NCBI GenBank assembly: GCA_051294375.1
Contig: CM119268.1
Coordinates: 6,519,232 to 6,583,231, forward strand
DNA length: 64,000 nt
Source of the DNA: Paraspadella gotoi
Taxonomy: Eukaryota; Animalia; Chaetognatha
Reading direction: 5' to 3'
The position numbers and the translations under genes were made by a program. Below, piece by piece: positions 15,737 through 28,398 of this stretch (positions are counted from its first letter, which is position 1; each line of letters begins with the position of its first letter). Below the pieces are notes generated by a model. It made no database searches. It saw only the letters and a list, made by a program, of their open reading frames with translations, and was not told the DNA's origin.

Positions 15737-16444
15737 AAATTCCAAGAGTTTGCCTCCGTAATTTGCGTGACGACGACGGTCCAAAACTGGAGAGAATTAG
15801 AGTGAACGGCTGAACGCTGAACTTTTCACAAATAAATATGACGTTGCTAGACAATAACTTTAACTTTATTAATTATTCCATAAACGCCGAGAGCCAAATG
15901 CCTAAATTATGGACATATTTTCCCCTCGATTCCACAGGAACATTCGACCGATTAACCAATGCGTGTTTTTGATCGAAACTCAAAAACCCACGAACCAACG
16001 TTACAAACAAACTAACATAGTAAATTTAACTTTATTTTTATTTTAAAAAAAAGGAAATCCTTCGTCATTCCCTTTCGTATCACGAAATCCACAAAAAGAA
16101 ATAAATCTTTTTCCACACAAGTTTTTTTTTTTTTTTCAATTCCCGCACGAAGTTTCATGACAAAACTTTTTTTTTCCTAACTCGATCCCGAGTGGATTCC
16201 AAAGATTCGATCACGAATTTCCACCGACGTGTGGGCTCTCGAGTGGCACGGACACGGTTGCCCACAAAGGTACCCACAATATCTCTCGCGGTAAAATGTC
16301 TTCGATATAAAAGTTTGGCAACGATGGAAAAGACGATCGGGCAAAAAATGCACTGCATCGTGTCGTTTCTGCAAAGTTGACCGCGAAGACATAACCTTGG
16401 GGGTTCGAGGTAACTGACCACGAGTTTTCTACAAGCATCCCGGA

Positions 16445-16491
<47 letters not shown>

Positions 16492-19400
16492 AGAGAGAAG
16501 AGAGAGGGCAACAGAATGAATTTCGTGTTTCCGCCACGAAGTAGGAAAATTGAGATGCACGCAAAACTCGGCGTCCTAAGTCGGCGGCGCCAGAAAAAGT
16601 ATTTAAGGGAAGGAGGGAAGCGGGAGAGGCAGAAGGGCGGTAGCAGAAGGCAGATGCAGAAGGGCAGAAGGACGAAGGGAAGCAGAAAGGCAGAGAGGTA
16701 AGGCAGAAGTGAAGAAGGCAGAAGGGACGGAAAGGGCCGCAGGGCGGAAAGGGCAGAAGGGGCATCGGCCCGGCACGTCTGGGTCTTTCACTTTTATATT
16801 TGGAAATATAATTAAGAGATAAGTTTGTAGAGTCATCACATGCACTGTTTAATTTATGATTAAGAAAAACGTCGAATTTGGATTCAAGTGCAGGTATTTT
16901 TTTCTTTTATAGAAAACCAATATTTCGATCTTATTTGACAGATCATCGTTCAGGGTAAGAGTGAAGTGAGTAGAAGAAGAGAGCTAAGGAAAAGAGAGAG
17001 AGATAGAGAGAGAAGGGAGAACAGTAGAGTCAGATGTCAGATAGTCTGACTCTCACCTGTTCTCTCTCTCTCTCTATCTCTCTCTCTTTTCCTTAGCTCT
17101 CTTCTTCTACTCACTTCACTCTTACCCTGAACGATGATCTGTCAAATAAGATCGAAAATATTGGTTTTCTATAAAGAAAAAAAAATAACTGCACTTGATC
17201 CCAAATTCGACGTTTTCTTAATCATAATTAAGTGATATTTTTAGTCATTGCATGAGACGAAGAGTTTGTTATGAACACGTAAAACATTTGGTCAACAAGT
17301 CGCCAAAAGAATTATAGCATAGTATTTTGTGTCTCTTAATTTTCTTTGCATATTGTCGTGTTTCGTTTGGAATTTTACTCATCTTTATTGGATTGCTTTA
17401 AAAGTTAAATATCATTTCTTGGCAATATTCATAAACTAGGTTTAATGGTGAATAATTTCTGAGATTACTATTTTAACAATTCAACAAATATTTTAATAAT
17501 AGCAGTATCATCCAAGTTGACTATACTTTACTGTTAGGAAAACTCGACGGTACAAAATATTCTCAACTCGGAAAGCTCGGTGGACTACCCATTAAAAAAA
17601 AAATGGAATCTCGCTTCAAAATTCGTAATAGGTTAAACAATTATTTGTTCCATACGTTCGCTCGTTCGCTCGTTAACCTACCTTCGTAGTTGACGCACCC
17701 CCGACAAACGGGTTCCGAGAATTCCTGCAGCATCGCCCACGGCGTCCGCGGGAGATCGCAGAGGTAGCAGGACTGGCGCTGCAGCGTTGCGCGCGGGACG
17801 GCGCCGCCGGAGGATATGGTGGCGTGGGAGGCGGCGACGAGGGGCGCGTGGTGGCCTGACGGGCAATTGGGAGGGTCAAGGGTGAGGTTTTTACTCACCT
17901 TTTTACGGATCTAAATTGAGANNNNNNNNNNNNNNNNNNNNNNNNNTCGAATTCTACGATCTTAAGTAAGTTTATCGAGAATCCTAAACACCTCGCGCTC
18001 TTTAATTTTTTTGCGTCAAAACTCAAAAAAAAAAAAAACAAAAAAAAAACCAAAGCTGAGCCGATCCGGAGGAGAGTAATACAAATTAGTCGTAAAACTT
18101 ATGTTTTTCGTATCTTATCTTTTTCTCTACATATTTTCAGCGCCCATACCTCTGTACAATGTCGCACCGGTCTGATATTCTCGCCGCACTAAGCGAACAG
18201 CGAGAAGAGACGATGTACTGCACCGCAGAGACGAGAGACTGCGGCAGAGAACGCATTAGGCCATACCATCCATAGGAGAGAGATTTATAGCGAAGTCGCC
18301 GACTCCTCCGCTACCCAGTCCGCGGTCGGCGAGAGATGACGAGGAGACGAGAACGTCGGCTAACGCTCCTGCCGGCGCGCCGTCGAGATCGAGAGAACTG
18401 AGAGACGCTGTTAAGTATAGAACGGTGCACTCCATTTGAGCATAGCAGTAGTTGACAACTAAGACTTCAGCTGACTCAGCTACTAGTACTGTCCACTAAT
18501 AGTAAGTGAGAAGGTAGATAGAGCAGAGTAGAGAGAGTAGGTGAACACAATGGCACTGTTGTCTTGCGACTATTATGATGAGCATAGAGCAGAGAAATTA
18601 ATAGTTACATATCTGTGAGAGTGAACACAGCCCGAATATGTGCGTGTTAACTCTAAGTTGTGAGAACTTTGCCGTACGATACAATTTGATGAGTGACTCA
18701 ACTCGTAAGTTCTGACTATGCCGACTTCAGCTTCCGCTGATGGTTTTACTATGCGTGTATTAAATTTCTGCGCATTTTTTTCGCTAGTCTCTCTGTTATT
18801 CGCTGTTGCTTTGCCATGCCTATGTCTAGTCTCCTATATACATACTTGCTGATGTGAAGAATGCGAGATCTCATACTCTCTCTCTCCTCGTTAGAGAGAG
18901 AGAGAGATAGAGAGAGGGGACTTTGACGAAATTTATCACTGATATCGATGGTAAGAAAAATTTATGCGATTTTTCGCTGCGATTTCGTTTTTGTTTTGTA
19001 TCTAACAATCGAGAGGAGAGTGGTTTTAATCTGTTGATCGGAAAGTAATTAAATCTTTTGGTTCTGGTTAAACTTTGGCGTTTCCTTCTCACGGAAATTC
19101 GTGAGGCGAGTGACGGATTAAAGGGGAATTTAAAAAAAAATAATAAAATTAAAAAAATATAATAAATGAGGAAAAAGAGAACATGAATAATCGAATATCC
19201 TATTCTCGCTGAATTTATATTCATTTTACCTCATTCTCTTGATTCCAGGATCAAAAACGAACATAATACAGAAATATCTAGCATCCACTGTATCTACCCA
19301 CGTGTGGACCGGATTCGAAACATAACCGAGTTTCGCTGTACGGGGGGGGAATCATCGTATCTCATTCGAGGCGCCGAAGAAAACTCGTTCAAGAAGCGAA

Positions 19401-20672
19401 TTCGAGCGACATCAAGCGGAGAAGATAAGACAACGAGAGGAAGGTTAAAAAAAAAATGAAAGAAAAAAGGCAAAGGTGAAGAGATAAAATAAATTGACTC
19501 TTTAAACGGGATATCCGGGCAGAAAAATATCTTACAAAGCCGTTATCAGCCCCAAATTTTAAAAATATGCGTTAAAAACATCCTTAAACATCGTTATCTC
19601 GAGCTTATCAAACCTTTGATAAAACCTTTGTACTTGCAATCGGTGATGATGCAACGATTTGAGCTCATGACTAACTCGGTCCAAACGTAGAAGTCATTTT
19701 TGTTTTCGGTACACACGAAAATCGATCCGTGACTAATTCGTGGCAAATCTTAGTTTGTCCGACCTTCCTGACCGATTTTTTTGGTTCATTTTAAAAGAAG
19801 ATAATAAGAGTTTGGCATCTAAGAACGCGTACGTGACCAGCAACTTGGATGAGTTTAACATAATAAAGATTGAGTGAAAACTGAAAAGAATCAATGTCTA
19901 AGCGATAAAGTTTGACACTCAATAGTACAATTAGGATTCTTGCCTCGACTTTTTCGTTATTCGTCTTCATTCAAAGTTAGACTGCTAATCTAATCTAATC
20001 TTTTGAGAAATTGTCGAGTGTTTTTTTTTTTTCGGTAATGATGAAATATATATCGTAGGAGATTCTTTGCAAGATTTAGAATTTAAAAAGAAAGAACAAA
20101 AAAGCCTTTTTTAAAAAAAAAGAAAAGTAATTGGCTTAATAAGCGCAGGAAGAAAAACGAGTGCTTAAAGAAAGTAAGATAAACACCAATAAAAAATCTG
20201 CATACATAATGTCAATCAGTCGTCACAACAGGAAGCGGTGGCCAAAAGGCTCCGTCAATTGGAATCAGCCAATCAAACGAAGAAAACAATCAATCAATCG
20301 CAACACCTTATATAAATCATGAGAAAAAACAAAGAGCAATCAGTGATATGAGACAATCAAACAATCAAAATCATCTCAAATTTAGAAATCGAATCGATTT
20401 TTTTTCCCCGGAGGGATTCCACGGAAATAAAGAGCGTNNNNNNNNNNNNNNNNNNNNNNNNNNNNNNNNNNNNNNNNNNNNNNNNNNNNNNNNNNNNNNN
20501 NNNNNNNNNNNNNNNNNNNNNNNNNNNNNNNNNNNNNNNNNNNNNNNNNNNNNNNNNNNNNNNNNNNNNNNNNNNNNNNNNNNNNNNNNNNNNNNNNNNN
20601 NNNNNNNNNNNNNNNNNNNNNNNNNNNNNNNNNNNNNNNNNNNNNNNNNNNNNNNNNNNNNNNNNNNNNNNN

Positions 20673-20706
<34 letters not shown>

Positions 20707-20989
20707 GTGGCCGGATTGAAGAGAAGAAAAACCCACGGAATTCGTGACCACAACGATGACGAAGACGACGACGCTGATTTTTAAAAACGACAACGAACAA
20801 ATTCACAACAACAACAACAATAACATTGACCCCTCGGAGAGACCATGAGGAAAATGGCATCGTCCCGGTGCCAATAGAAAGAACGATGCGATTCACCCGT
20901 CGCCAATCGCGTGTCTCGTCTCATGAGGCGCCATTAACCATTAACCATTAACCAACAACCGGTTAATATTTTCCTCTCCAACACGAACG

Positions 20990-21025
<36 letters not shown>

Positions 21026-22253
21026 NNNNNNNNNNNNNNNNNNNNNNNNNNNNNNNNNNNNNNNNNNNNNNNNNNNNNNNNNNNNNNNNNNNNNNNNNNN
21101 NNNNNNNNNNNNNNNNNNNNNNNNNNNNNNNNNNNNNNNNNNNNNNNNNNNNNNNNNNNNNNNNNNNNNNNNNNNNNNNNNNNNNNNNNNNNNNNNNNNN
21201 NNNNCCCCCCCCCTCGCCGCGCCCTCCTTTCCGACTTCCGGGGGTCGACGTCGTCGTCCACTATGTTGGATCATCTTCCTCTGGGCGATAGGAAATTTAT
21301 GACCGTTCGTTCTCCCTCCGCGCGTTGAACGACGAACCAAGAGTCACTTTTTCCAAGTTTCTCGCGAAGTTAGATTCCTCCTTTTTTTGTCCCCTTTTCT
21401 CTGTCACTTCCTCNNNNNNNNNNNNNNNNNNNNNNNNNNNNNNNNNNNNNNNNNNNNNNNNNNNNNNNNNNNNNNNNNNNNNNNNNNNNNNNNNNNNNNN
21501 NNNNNNNNNNNNNNNNNNNNNNNNNNNNNNNNNNNNNNNNNNNNNNNNNNNNNNNNNNNNNNNNNNNNNNNNNNNNNNNNNNNNNNNNNNNNNNNNNNNN
21601 NNNNNNNNNNNNNNNNNNNNNNNNNNNNNNNNNNNNNNNNNNNNNNNNNNNNNNNNNNNNCCCCTTCTTCCTTCTCCTAATCTCCATTTGCCTCTACCTC
21701 TCTCGCTCTCTATCTAACCCTCTCCTTTCTCCTCTTCCTCTCCCCCTCCCTTCTCCCCCCTACATCTCACCCTTCGTCTGCTCTTTCAAAAAATAAATAA
21801 ATAAAAAAATAATCACGATGTCACATCGTCTGCTTCATCACCTCGATGCAAATTCGAGTTTCCTTTTCGACTCGGATTTTTCTCTCCAGCGCCTCTAGCG
21901 TCCTTTTGTATTTCCCACCAACTCGCGTGGCTCGCGATCGCCGTTTTTAATTAGTAGATTACTTATAATTGTAAATCACTATATAAAATGTGATATTTTG
22001 TTTTAAAGCGATGTATATATTGCAATAAATAAACTAATCAAATGAGACGCGTTCGGTACGGATCAGCAGACGTTCGCGCTAATCGAACGGACGAATGGAT
22101 GGATGTACGGACGAACGGACGGAACTGACTTCCTCACGGAGAGAAGAAACTCGAAAGATCGATCGACGACGGACGTGAGGAAGCAGCAGTCAAGTTCGAC
22201 AGTGAAGAACAGTGATAAACAGAGAGATGCGACAGCGGAGAAAACAATGAAAG

Positions 22254-22293
<40 letters not shown>

Positions 22294-22637
22294 AAAGAAA
22301 CGTAATAACACTTTAATTTTAAAAAAATAAATATTTATAAATATCACATCCGCTTGAAATCTGCTGATATAACGCGTTCCAAGAGCAAACAATCCTCGTT
22401 ACCTGGCAACGCCGCCGAGTGATGCCCGACCGTCGCCACGGCGATCCCGGCGCTTCCGTTTCCGGTCCCGGCGCCGCCGCCGACGACAACGTTGTTGTTG
22501 TTGCTGTGCTGCAGCGCGGCGGCGGCGGCTGCCGCGGCGGCGTGATTGACGACGGCGACGCCATGTGTCGCGTGCGCTGCGTGCGCTGCGTGCGTGGCGT
22601 GCGCGAGATGGGGCACGTGAGACATGGCCGTCGTCAT
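4454..22637 (-). CDS. IRF2BP: IRF2BP/Pits-family (interferon regulatory factor 2-binding protein) zinc-finger co-repressor, 5' part; rest of gene lies beyond left window edge
   Basis: Three phase-compatible GT-AG exons on -: 22403-22637 ([19 protein letters not shown]...SAALP), 17682-17855 (...[33 protein letters not shown]) and 4454-4662 ([20 protein letters not shown]...). Joined they match the recalled IRF2BP N-terminal C4 zinc finger [49 protein letters not shown]. Confidence 0.9.
5905..6040 (+). mobile_element. 3' end of a Helentron-associated non-autonomous element (HINE/DINE-1-like)
   Basis: GAC-rich microsatellite-like stretch (gacagacataccgacggaccgacgg), then gtgacttatt, then a terminal hairpin agttgctccgcgagtactcgcggcgcaact (6006-6035) and an A-run. 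This resembles the recalled HINE/DINE-1 end architecture. Confidence 0.5.
8938..13291 (+). pseudogene. Inverted duplicate of IRF2BP exons 1-2 (frameshifted copy, probably an artefact)
   Basis: 8938-9190 and 13117-13291 are reverse complements of 22403-22637 and 17682-17855, with multiple 1-nt indels breaking the frame. Confidence 0.7.
13805..14115. repeat. Degenerate 8-bp minisatellite (gcccttct)n; inverted copy at ~16605-16765
   Basis: Recurrent cccttctg/gcccttct units; agaagggc units in the partner arm. Confidence 0.65.
16845..17235. repeat. Small near-perfect palindrome (~190-bp arms, ~10-nt loop at ~17040) inside the right arm of duplication 2
   Basis: ...gatcatcgttcagggtaagagtgaagtgagtagaagaag...gagtcaga / tctgactc...cttcttctactcacttcactcttaccctgaacgatgatc...; absent from the partner arm at ~13740. 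Confidence 0.9.
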
Positions 22638-23161
22638 GGGGAGTTCGATTTGTGGGTGGAGGGGGTGGGGGAGATGGGAGAGGGAAGATGAGAAGATGCG
22701 CGTGACTTGCACCTCCGACGAGTTACATCCGGGTGTCCGCGCGTGCGCGATTAGGCGAGCGGGTTACATACGGAACTTTGAAAAGAGAGAATCTCTAAAA
22801 GACGTGATGGCGGGAAAATGGGGGGAGGATGAGGAAAGTAAAGGAGGGGCTGAGCTGAAGGGGAAATTAAAGTTACATTCTTCGCACTTTTATCCAGGAA
22901 AAGATAAGGAAAAAGGTAAGGAAAGTTCACGGCGAAGGCAGAAGATGACGATGGCGAAAGGTAAGTTTTCTAGAGTCTATCAGGGGATAGTTCGACGCGC
23001 TCTTTTCCGTGGCTTCCGGACGTCGAAACGCGGATTTCGAAGGGTAAGTTCGTCGCTGAGTCCTTTACTCACCTTGGGGTAAAAAGAAAATAAACAAACG
23101 GGCGTGTAATGAGATTTGGGATGAAGGGGAGGGAAAAAGGAAGACGGCAGCCAGGCTGTGA

Positions 23162-23229
<68 letters not shown>

Positions 23230-24999
23230 AAGAGAGGAGAGAGAGAAGAGAGAGAAGAGGAGAGAGAAGAGAAGAGACTGAAAATATAAGAAGATAATCG
23301 ATTAGAGTCCCGCGACTAATTTTTTTTGATATTTTTTAATCATTTTTATCATTTTCGAAGCCAAAAGTTTTAATTTGAGGAAAAAAAAAACGAGTGAAAA
23401 ATCGTCGTCGTGAGGACGAAAAAAAAAAAATTCCTGTCGTAATTGAGTTGAATTGAATTAGAGCGAACTAAAGTCAAATCGAATGACGACGACGACGACG
23501 ACGACGATGGCGGTAACGCCGTCTTTCGTCCGTTAATAGAGAGTTACCATTAAAGAGTACGACGAGTTTTTGATAATTGTATCAGTGTATCAATCGTATC
23601 AGAAATAACCGCGCCGAATTCTGGGGCCTTTTGAGATTTAACGGAAGGAATTCGGACGCCGATGAAAACGAGTTGAGGTTAACATTTTTGTTTTTTCTTT
23701 CTTTTTTTTATTCATTAAATTGATCGGATTGAATTAAGCGGAAAATCTTAAGGATGAACGGGAAGATGTCTCCAGAGGTCATGAAAATAAAAGGAGAAAT
23801 GTGAGCGAGTAGAAAGGAAATGCCAGACAACCTGAGTTAGTTTGTGGTCATTTTTAACTAAGGTTTGAGAATCTACCTTCTCCAGCTTTGGAGATTATAA
23901 ATTTCAAACTTTTTCTAGATATAATTTGTAAAAAAAAGCTTTTCCATATCAAAAACAAGAAGTTGCAAAAGACAGCAGGGATTAGTGATTGGTCTCGAGA
24001 GCTCAAAAGTCCAGCTCACAAATCTCAAAAAAAGTCATTTTTAGTCAAGCCACTATTTTGGGATCGGAACCCCGGCATTAATAAAATGACATTTAATTGT
24101 TTACTCCTTGGCAAACAATCTCACAAATCAAAACTTTTAAAGGTTAAAGTTTCAGAGGGAAAGAAAATTGCACTAATGTACGTTTTTCATTCATACATGA
24201 TTCATTCAGTTTAATTCCAATTTTTTTAAAAACAAAAACAAATAAATCGCGTTGACTGCTAGATTTTGTGAATCGAGAAAGGGAGACGGGAGAAAAAGAG
24301 AAAAAAAAATCGTGGTAAAAATTTTAAACGGAATAAAAAAAAAAAAAATAACATCAAATGAAAAAAAAAATTATTTGAATTTCAATTCGACGATAAACAG
24401 TAAAAAAGCGCACTCACTATTTTTCGGTTCCACTCACGATTCACGTCACGTTTTCGTCGAGGTTAAAAAATAATATATAAAACGTAAAATGAGCAAAAAA
24501 TTGTTTCGTCGGAAAGTTGGCTGGGGGGGGGAAATCTATGTTATAAATGACGTTTGTTTTTGATATGTTTTGTTTTTTTTGTTCGAAAGTTTAAAATGCG
24601 TATAAATCGTTAAAAATCACAAAGTTCATCGTCGATTTTATTATTTTTTTATTATTATTTTTTTTTATTAAGTCTAACAGTTATAACATTTTTGGACGAG
24701 AGAGACGAATTAAGAAAACAACGAGAAAGACAATGAAAACGACAAAATGGGACGACGACGACAACGACGACGACGACGACGACGATGTTTACGTGACTCG
24801 GAATGTGAATCGCGTTTTAGCATAAAAAACCGAGATTTTCCTTAGTTTTCTCACGATAAATGATGAGAATAATCAGAGCGGCGTCGCGAAGCAAACGCCG
24901 AGTCATCCGCTCGTTGAAAAAAGTAAGTAAAAGTAAGTGCCCGGTGAAAAGAGTAATGTTGAAATAGAATCGGGAGTAAATTCTTACTTATCCGTTCGT

Positions 25000-25095
25000 T
25001 TAGACCAATCAGTTTCGATCATTACGTAATGAGATAACAATCGAAACGGACCAATCAGCAACGAGATAACAATCGAAACGGACCAATCAGCAACG
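25000..25095 (-). promoter_or_regulatory. Putative IRF2BP promoter with three CCAAT boxes, including a ~32-bp tandem duplication
   Basis: gaccaatcag at ~25003, ~25049 and ~25081; gagataacaatcgaaacggaccaatcagcaac occurs twice in tandem; lies upstream of the - strand IRF2BP exon 1. Confidence 0.45.
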
Positions 25096-25178
25096 AGCAC
25101 GCCTTCTCCAAAATAGAACATTGAGCCTTGCAAAATTTCGCGGGCTGAGTGGGTTTTATCTTTGGTTAGCGAAAGGGG

Positions 25179-25218
<40 letters not shown>

Positions 25219-25746
25219 AGGAGAGAGGCAGAGAGAGAGAGGAGGAGAGAGGAGAGAGAGAGAGAGAGAGAGAGGCTCAAAGTTTGAGGAGAATGAATGA
25301 GGCTTTTTGTCGCGAGAGAGATTAGAAAACTCGGTTGAAATATGTCGTCAAAATTATTATTTCTGGAGTGGGAACGGATATAGCGAGAGGGTGCCGAGGT
25401 GTGGCGAGATTTGTGTGTTTAGAGAGAGAGAGAGAGAGATCTTTTCTTTTTCTCCCTCCTAGATATAGTGAAATATGTTTTTTTGGGGGGGAGAAAAATT
25501 CCAATAAAATGGTAAGAATTAAAAAATGACGCCGGATCGTCGTACGTGAGATCGTGACGGCGAGGACGACGTCATCGTCGTTTTCGTCGTCGTCGTCGTC
25601 TCTCGTCGTCGTCGTCGTCTCGTCGATATCATCATCGTCATCCGTTCGTGACAGGGACGATAGAAAAAGAGATCAGAGATCAGGGGCGACGCAGGATGGC
25701 GGGTGGGAGTGAAGGTGAATATTGGGGAGAGAGAGAGAGAGAGAGA

Positions 25747-25777
<31 letters not shown>

Positions 25778-28275
25778 AAGAGAGAGAGAAGAGAGAGAGA
25801 GATATATATATAATAAGATTTTAAAAAACCGCCCACGGACAAAAAGATGAAATAACAACAACAACAAAAAAAATCCCGAAAAATAGCAAAGAAAATATGA
25901 GCAGAATGGGGGAAAAAAAAATAGCGAAAACGCGTGGAATTCGAATTCTACGCTGACGTCAAGAATGAATGAGACGAGGACTCGATGGACGACGACGACG
26001 ACGAAAAGCGAAAACTTTAAGACTTCGTTTTATCAATGAAAAGCCATGGAAATGTGGTAAACATCCATGAACGAATACGTTCAGAAATGTTGTCGTTTTT
26101 AAGAAAGAAAGTTTGTGCCTGCAAAGTTGCGTTCGCGTAAGATTGCCATTTTTTGATTCCCGACTGGTGGCAATACTTAAAATTAATTTTCTAATTAACT
26201 TATTCAGATATTATGGGTTTTTTTTTTTAAATTATTGTTGTCGATGTTGTTTTTGTCCCCAAATTTAGGTGATTTTTCAGATTTAAGTTTAAGAATTTTC
26301 AAGCAATCCGAAGCACTTATCACTGATCAATAAGATTTTATATATATATATATTTTTATAACAGCTTACCCTCCCTAAAAATACACAATCATTTTATTTT
26401 ATTTCACCAAACGTGTCAAAGAAAAATAAAAATTGGTTCGAGTGAATTCTATATAAAGACCGACGAAGAATAACATCGGCGTTAGAATCCGTCCCATTTT
26501 TTTTTTTAACTTTTCGCCAAGAGGCTCGATGAAGAGCAGCACGAAGACACGAAAATTATTTTTTTTTATCTTCATTTTTTCCAAAAAATCGGATCTGATT
26601 TCAAGTTTTCCCTTTCGCCCCGCACCTGACACTAAAAATCTCTTCGACACGATTCCGTTCGCGTCTCGTCCAACCAAAATCCCGATGGGATGTTCCGCCA
26701 ATCGGGAAGCGAGGTTGGTTTTAAAAGATCGCTCGTTGACGTAAAATCGCGTCGACGAATCGGATATGTCGAAAAGAAAAGTCGACCGGTAGCGCGTCGA
26801 AAACTTACCACCGGGCGTTGGTCAAAATTCCAAGATCCAAACGGACGAATCGGGAACGACTCGGTGGCCAATCGCAACGAGAGAATCCATGAGGGTCACT
26901 TCGTTGACGTAAAAAGATACTGAACGATGACGACCAATGGGGACGGAGATCCAAAGTAAATCGACCAATGAGAAGAGCGGAAATCGAGAAGCGCGAAGTG
27001 ACGCGTGCTACAAGGAAGGGATGACCTTCGCGTGCGTGGATTCCAAGTCGCGTGAGAAAAAACGGAACTGGGCGATGGAGAAAAGAGAGGGATGTAGAGG
27101 AAAGGAGAATGATGGAGAGGAGAGGGATGGAGAAAGATCGAGCACCGGGATGGCCCCTTCAACAGGGGAGGGACTGTGGCACGAAACAACCAAAGAAATC
27201 CTTTTAGCTTTAAAAAAAAAAAATTAACGTAAAACTGTTTTCTCCACGTTTTGGTTTTAGTTTTTCAACGACAAGTTTTTTGACCCGAGAAGTTTTTTCC
27301 CTGGATAGTGACATGAATGAAAGAAGATCCATAAAGTGATTTGGCGACAATATCTCTCTCTCTCTCTCTCTCTTCTCTCTCACCATCTTTTCCCATCACT
27401 CCCCCTCTCTCCCTCTCTCTACATATGTCTCTCCACGCTCCTCCTTTTCTCTTGATATTTGACTTGGAGGTAGGCCCAATTTGGTTTTCTGAATCAAAAC
27501 ATGTGTTTGAATACAAATTGAGAATGGAACTTTTTAAAGCCTCCGCCTACTCTCCCCCCCCCCCGCTTTCCTCCTCCTCCTCTTCCCTCCCCTGCTCCTC
27601 CTCCTCCTCCTCTTCCTGCGACCGCGTTCATGCGTTTGAATATAAATTGAGAAAAGAAGTGCCGAAGCTACGAAGAGTCAGAGAGACTGAGCCGGCTTTT
27701 TCCTTCTTTTTCTCCTCGCTTCGAATTTTTTTTTTTTTCCGCTCGGAAAAAGTTTCACTTTTGTTCCTTCACATTTTAATCATTTTTTACGGTGACAGAT
27801 TTTTAGGGCGTGGATAGTTTAGAAGCGCTTTAACGGTTGACGAACGTGATTGTTCAGTTTAAAATGGGAAAAATTTAATAGCAATACACTTTTAAAATTG
27901 TGTTATTTCGTTTGATTAAGTTTAGAGTTGAAATCTGGTTTTGTGGCCTCAGATTAACTCTGGACAATTCTTACCAAAGATAAACTTTCGTCTTGTGGTC
28001 AGAGAAATATGTCGTTAACGACGAATTTGTTGACATTTAAAACCAAAAAAAAAAAAGTGTTAATCAAAAAAAGTTTCTTTTTTTTAATTTTACTGAAGCA
28101 GTTTACCAAGCATTCGTTAGTATTGTAACTGATGTTCCGATCGGATATTTAGCAAAACAATGTCCCCCAATGATTCAGAAGCCAAAGCTGTTTTCCAAGA
28201 GGTTCAAATTCAATACTTGTAAGTCAGATTAACATACAATAGAAATATTCTTTGAAAAGTTATACCACTTCATAG

Positions 28276-28398
28276 ATGGGGAAGCCCGGTGCTCTTGGAG
28301 TGAATAAACGAGACGGTGAGAGAGTCTTGATTGAAAGCTTGCAGGGATCTGCTATGTCATTATCTTGTAAAAGTGATGGAAACCCTAAACCACCATAG
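28276..28398 (+). pseudogene. Orphan immunoglobulin-domain exon fragment
   Basis: After a catag acceptor: MGKPGALGVNKRDGERVLIESLQGSAMSLSCKSDGNPKPP*. The LSCxxxGNPxP motif is typical of the Ig I-set/C2 B-C strands. Truncated next to a dispersed repeat. Confidence 0.45.

Larger units (their letters stand above)
6447..25021. repeat. Large inverted duplication 2: arms ~6447-15480 and ~15570-25021
   Basis: gatcgaaactgattggtctaa (~6448) pairs with ttagaccaatcagtttcgatc (ending 25020). Reverse-complement matches run colinearly throughout, e.g. 13670-13740 vs 17240-17305 and 15300-15370 vs 15730-15800. Confidence 0.95.

Noticed and set aside
20348-21717. Long ORFs containing X runs
   Set aside because: They span N-gaps that correspond to low-complexity tracts in the partner arm.
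25031-25095. Tandem 32-bp repeat as a CRISPR-like array
   Set aside because: Only two adjacent units, no spacers, eukaryotic context.
27500-27655. Direct repeat tttgaata(c/t)aaattgagaa as a snRNA/Pol III promoter
   Set aside because: No recognisable snRNA body downstream; only two copies and no supporting structure.
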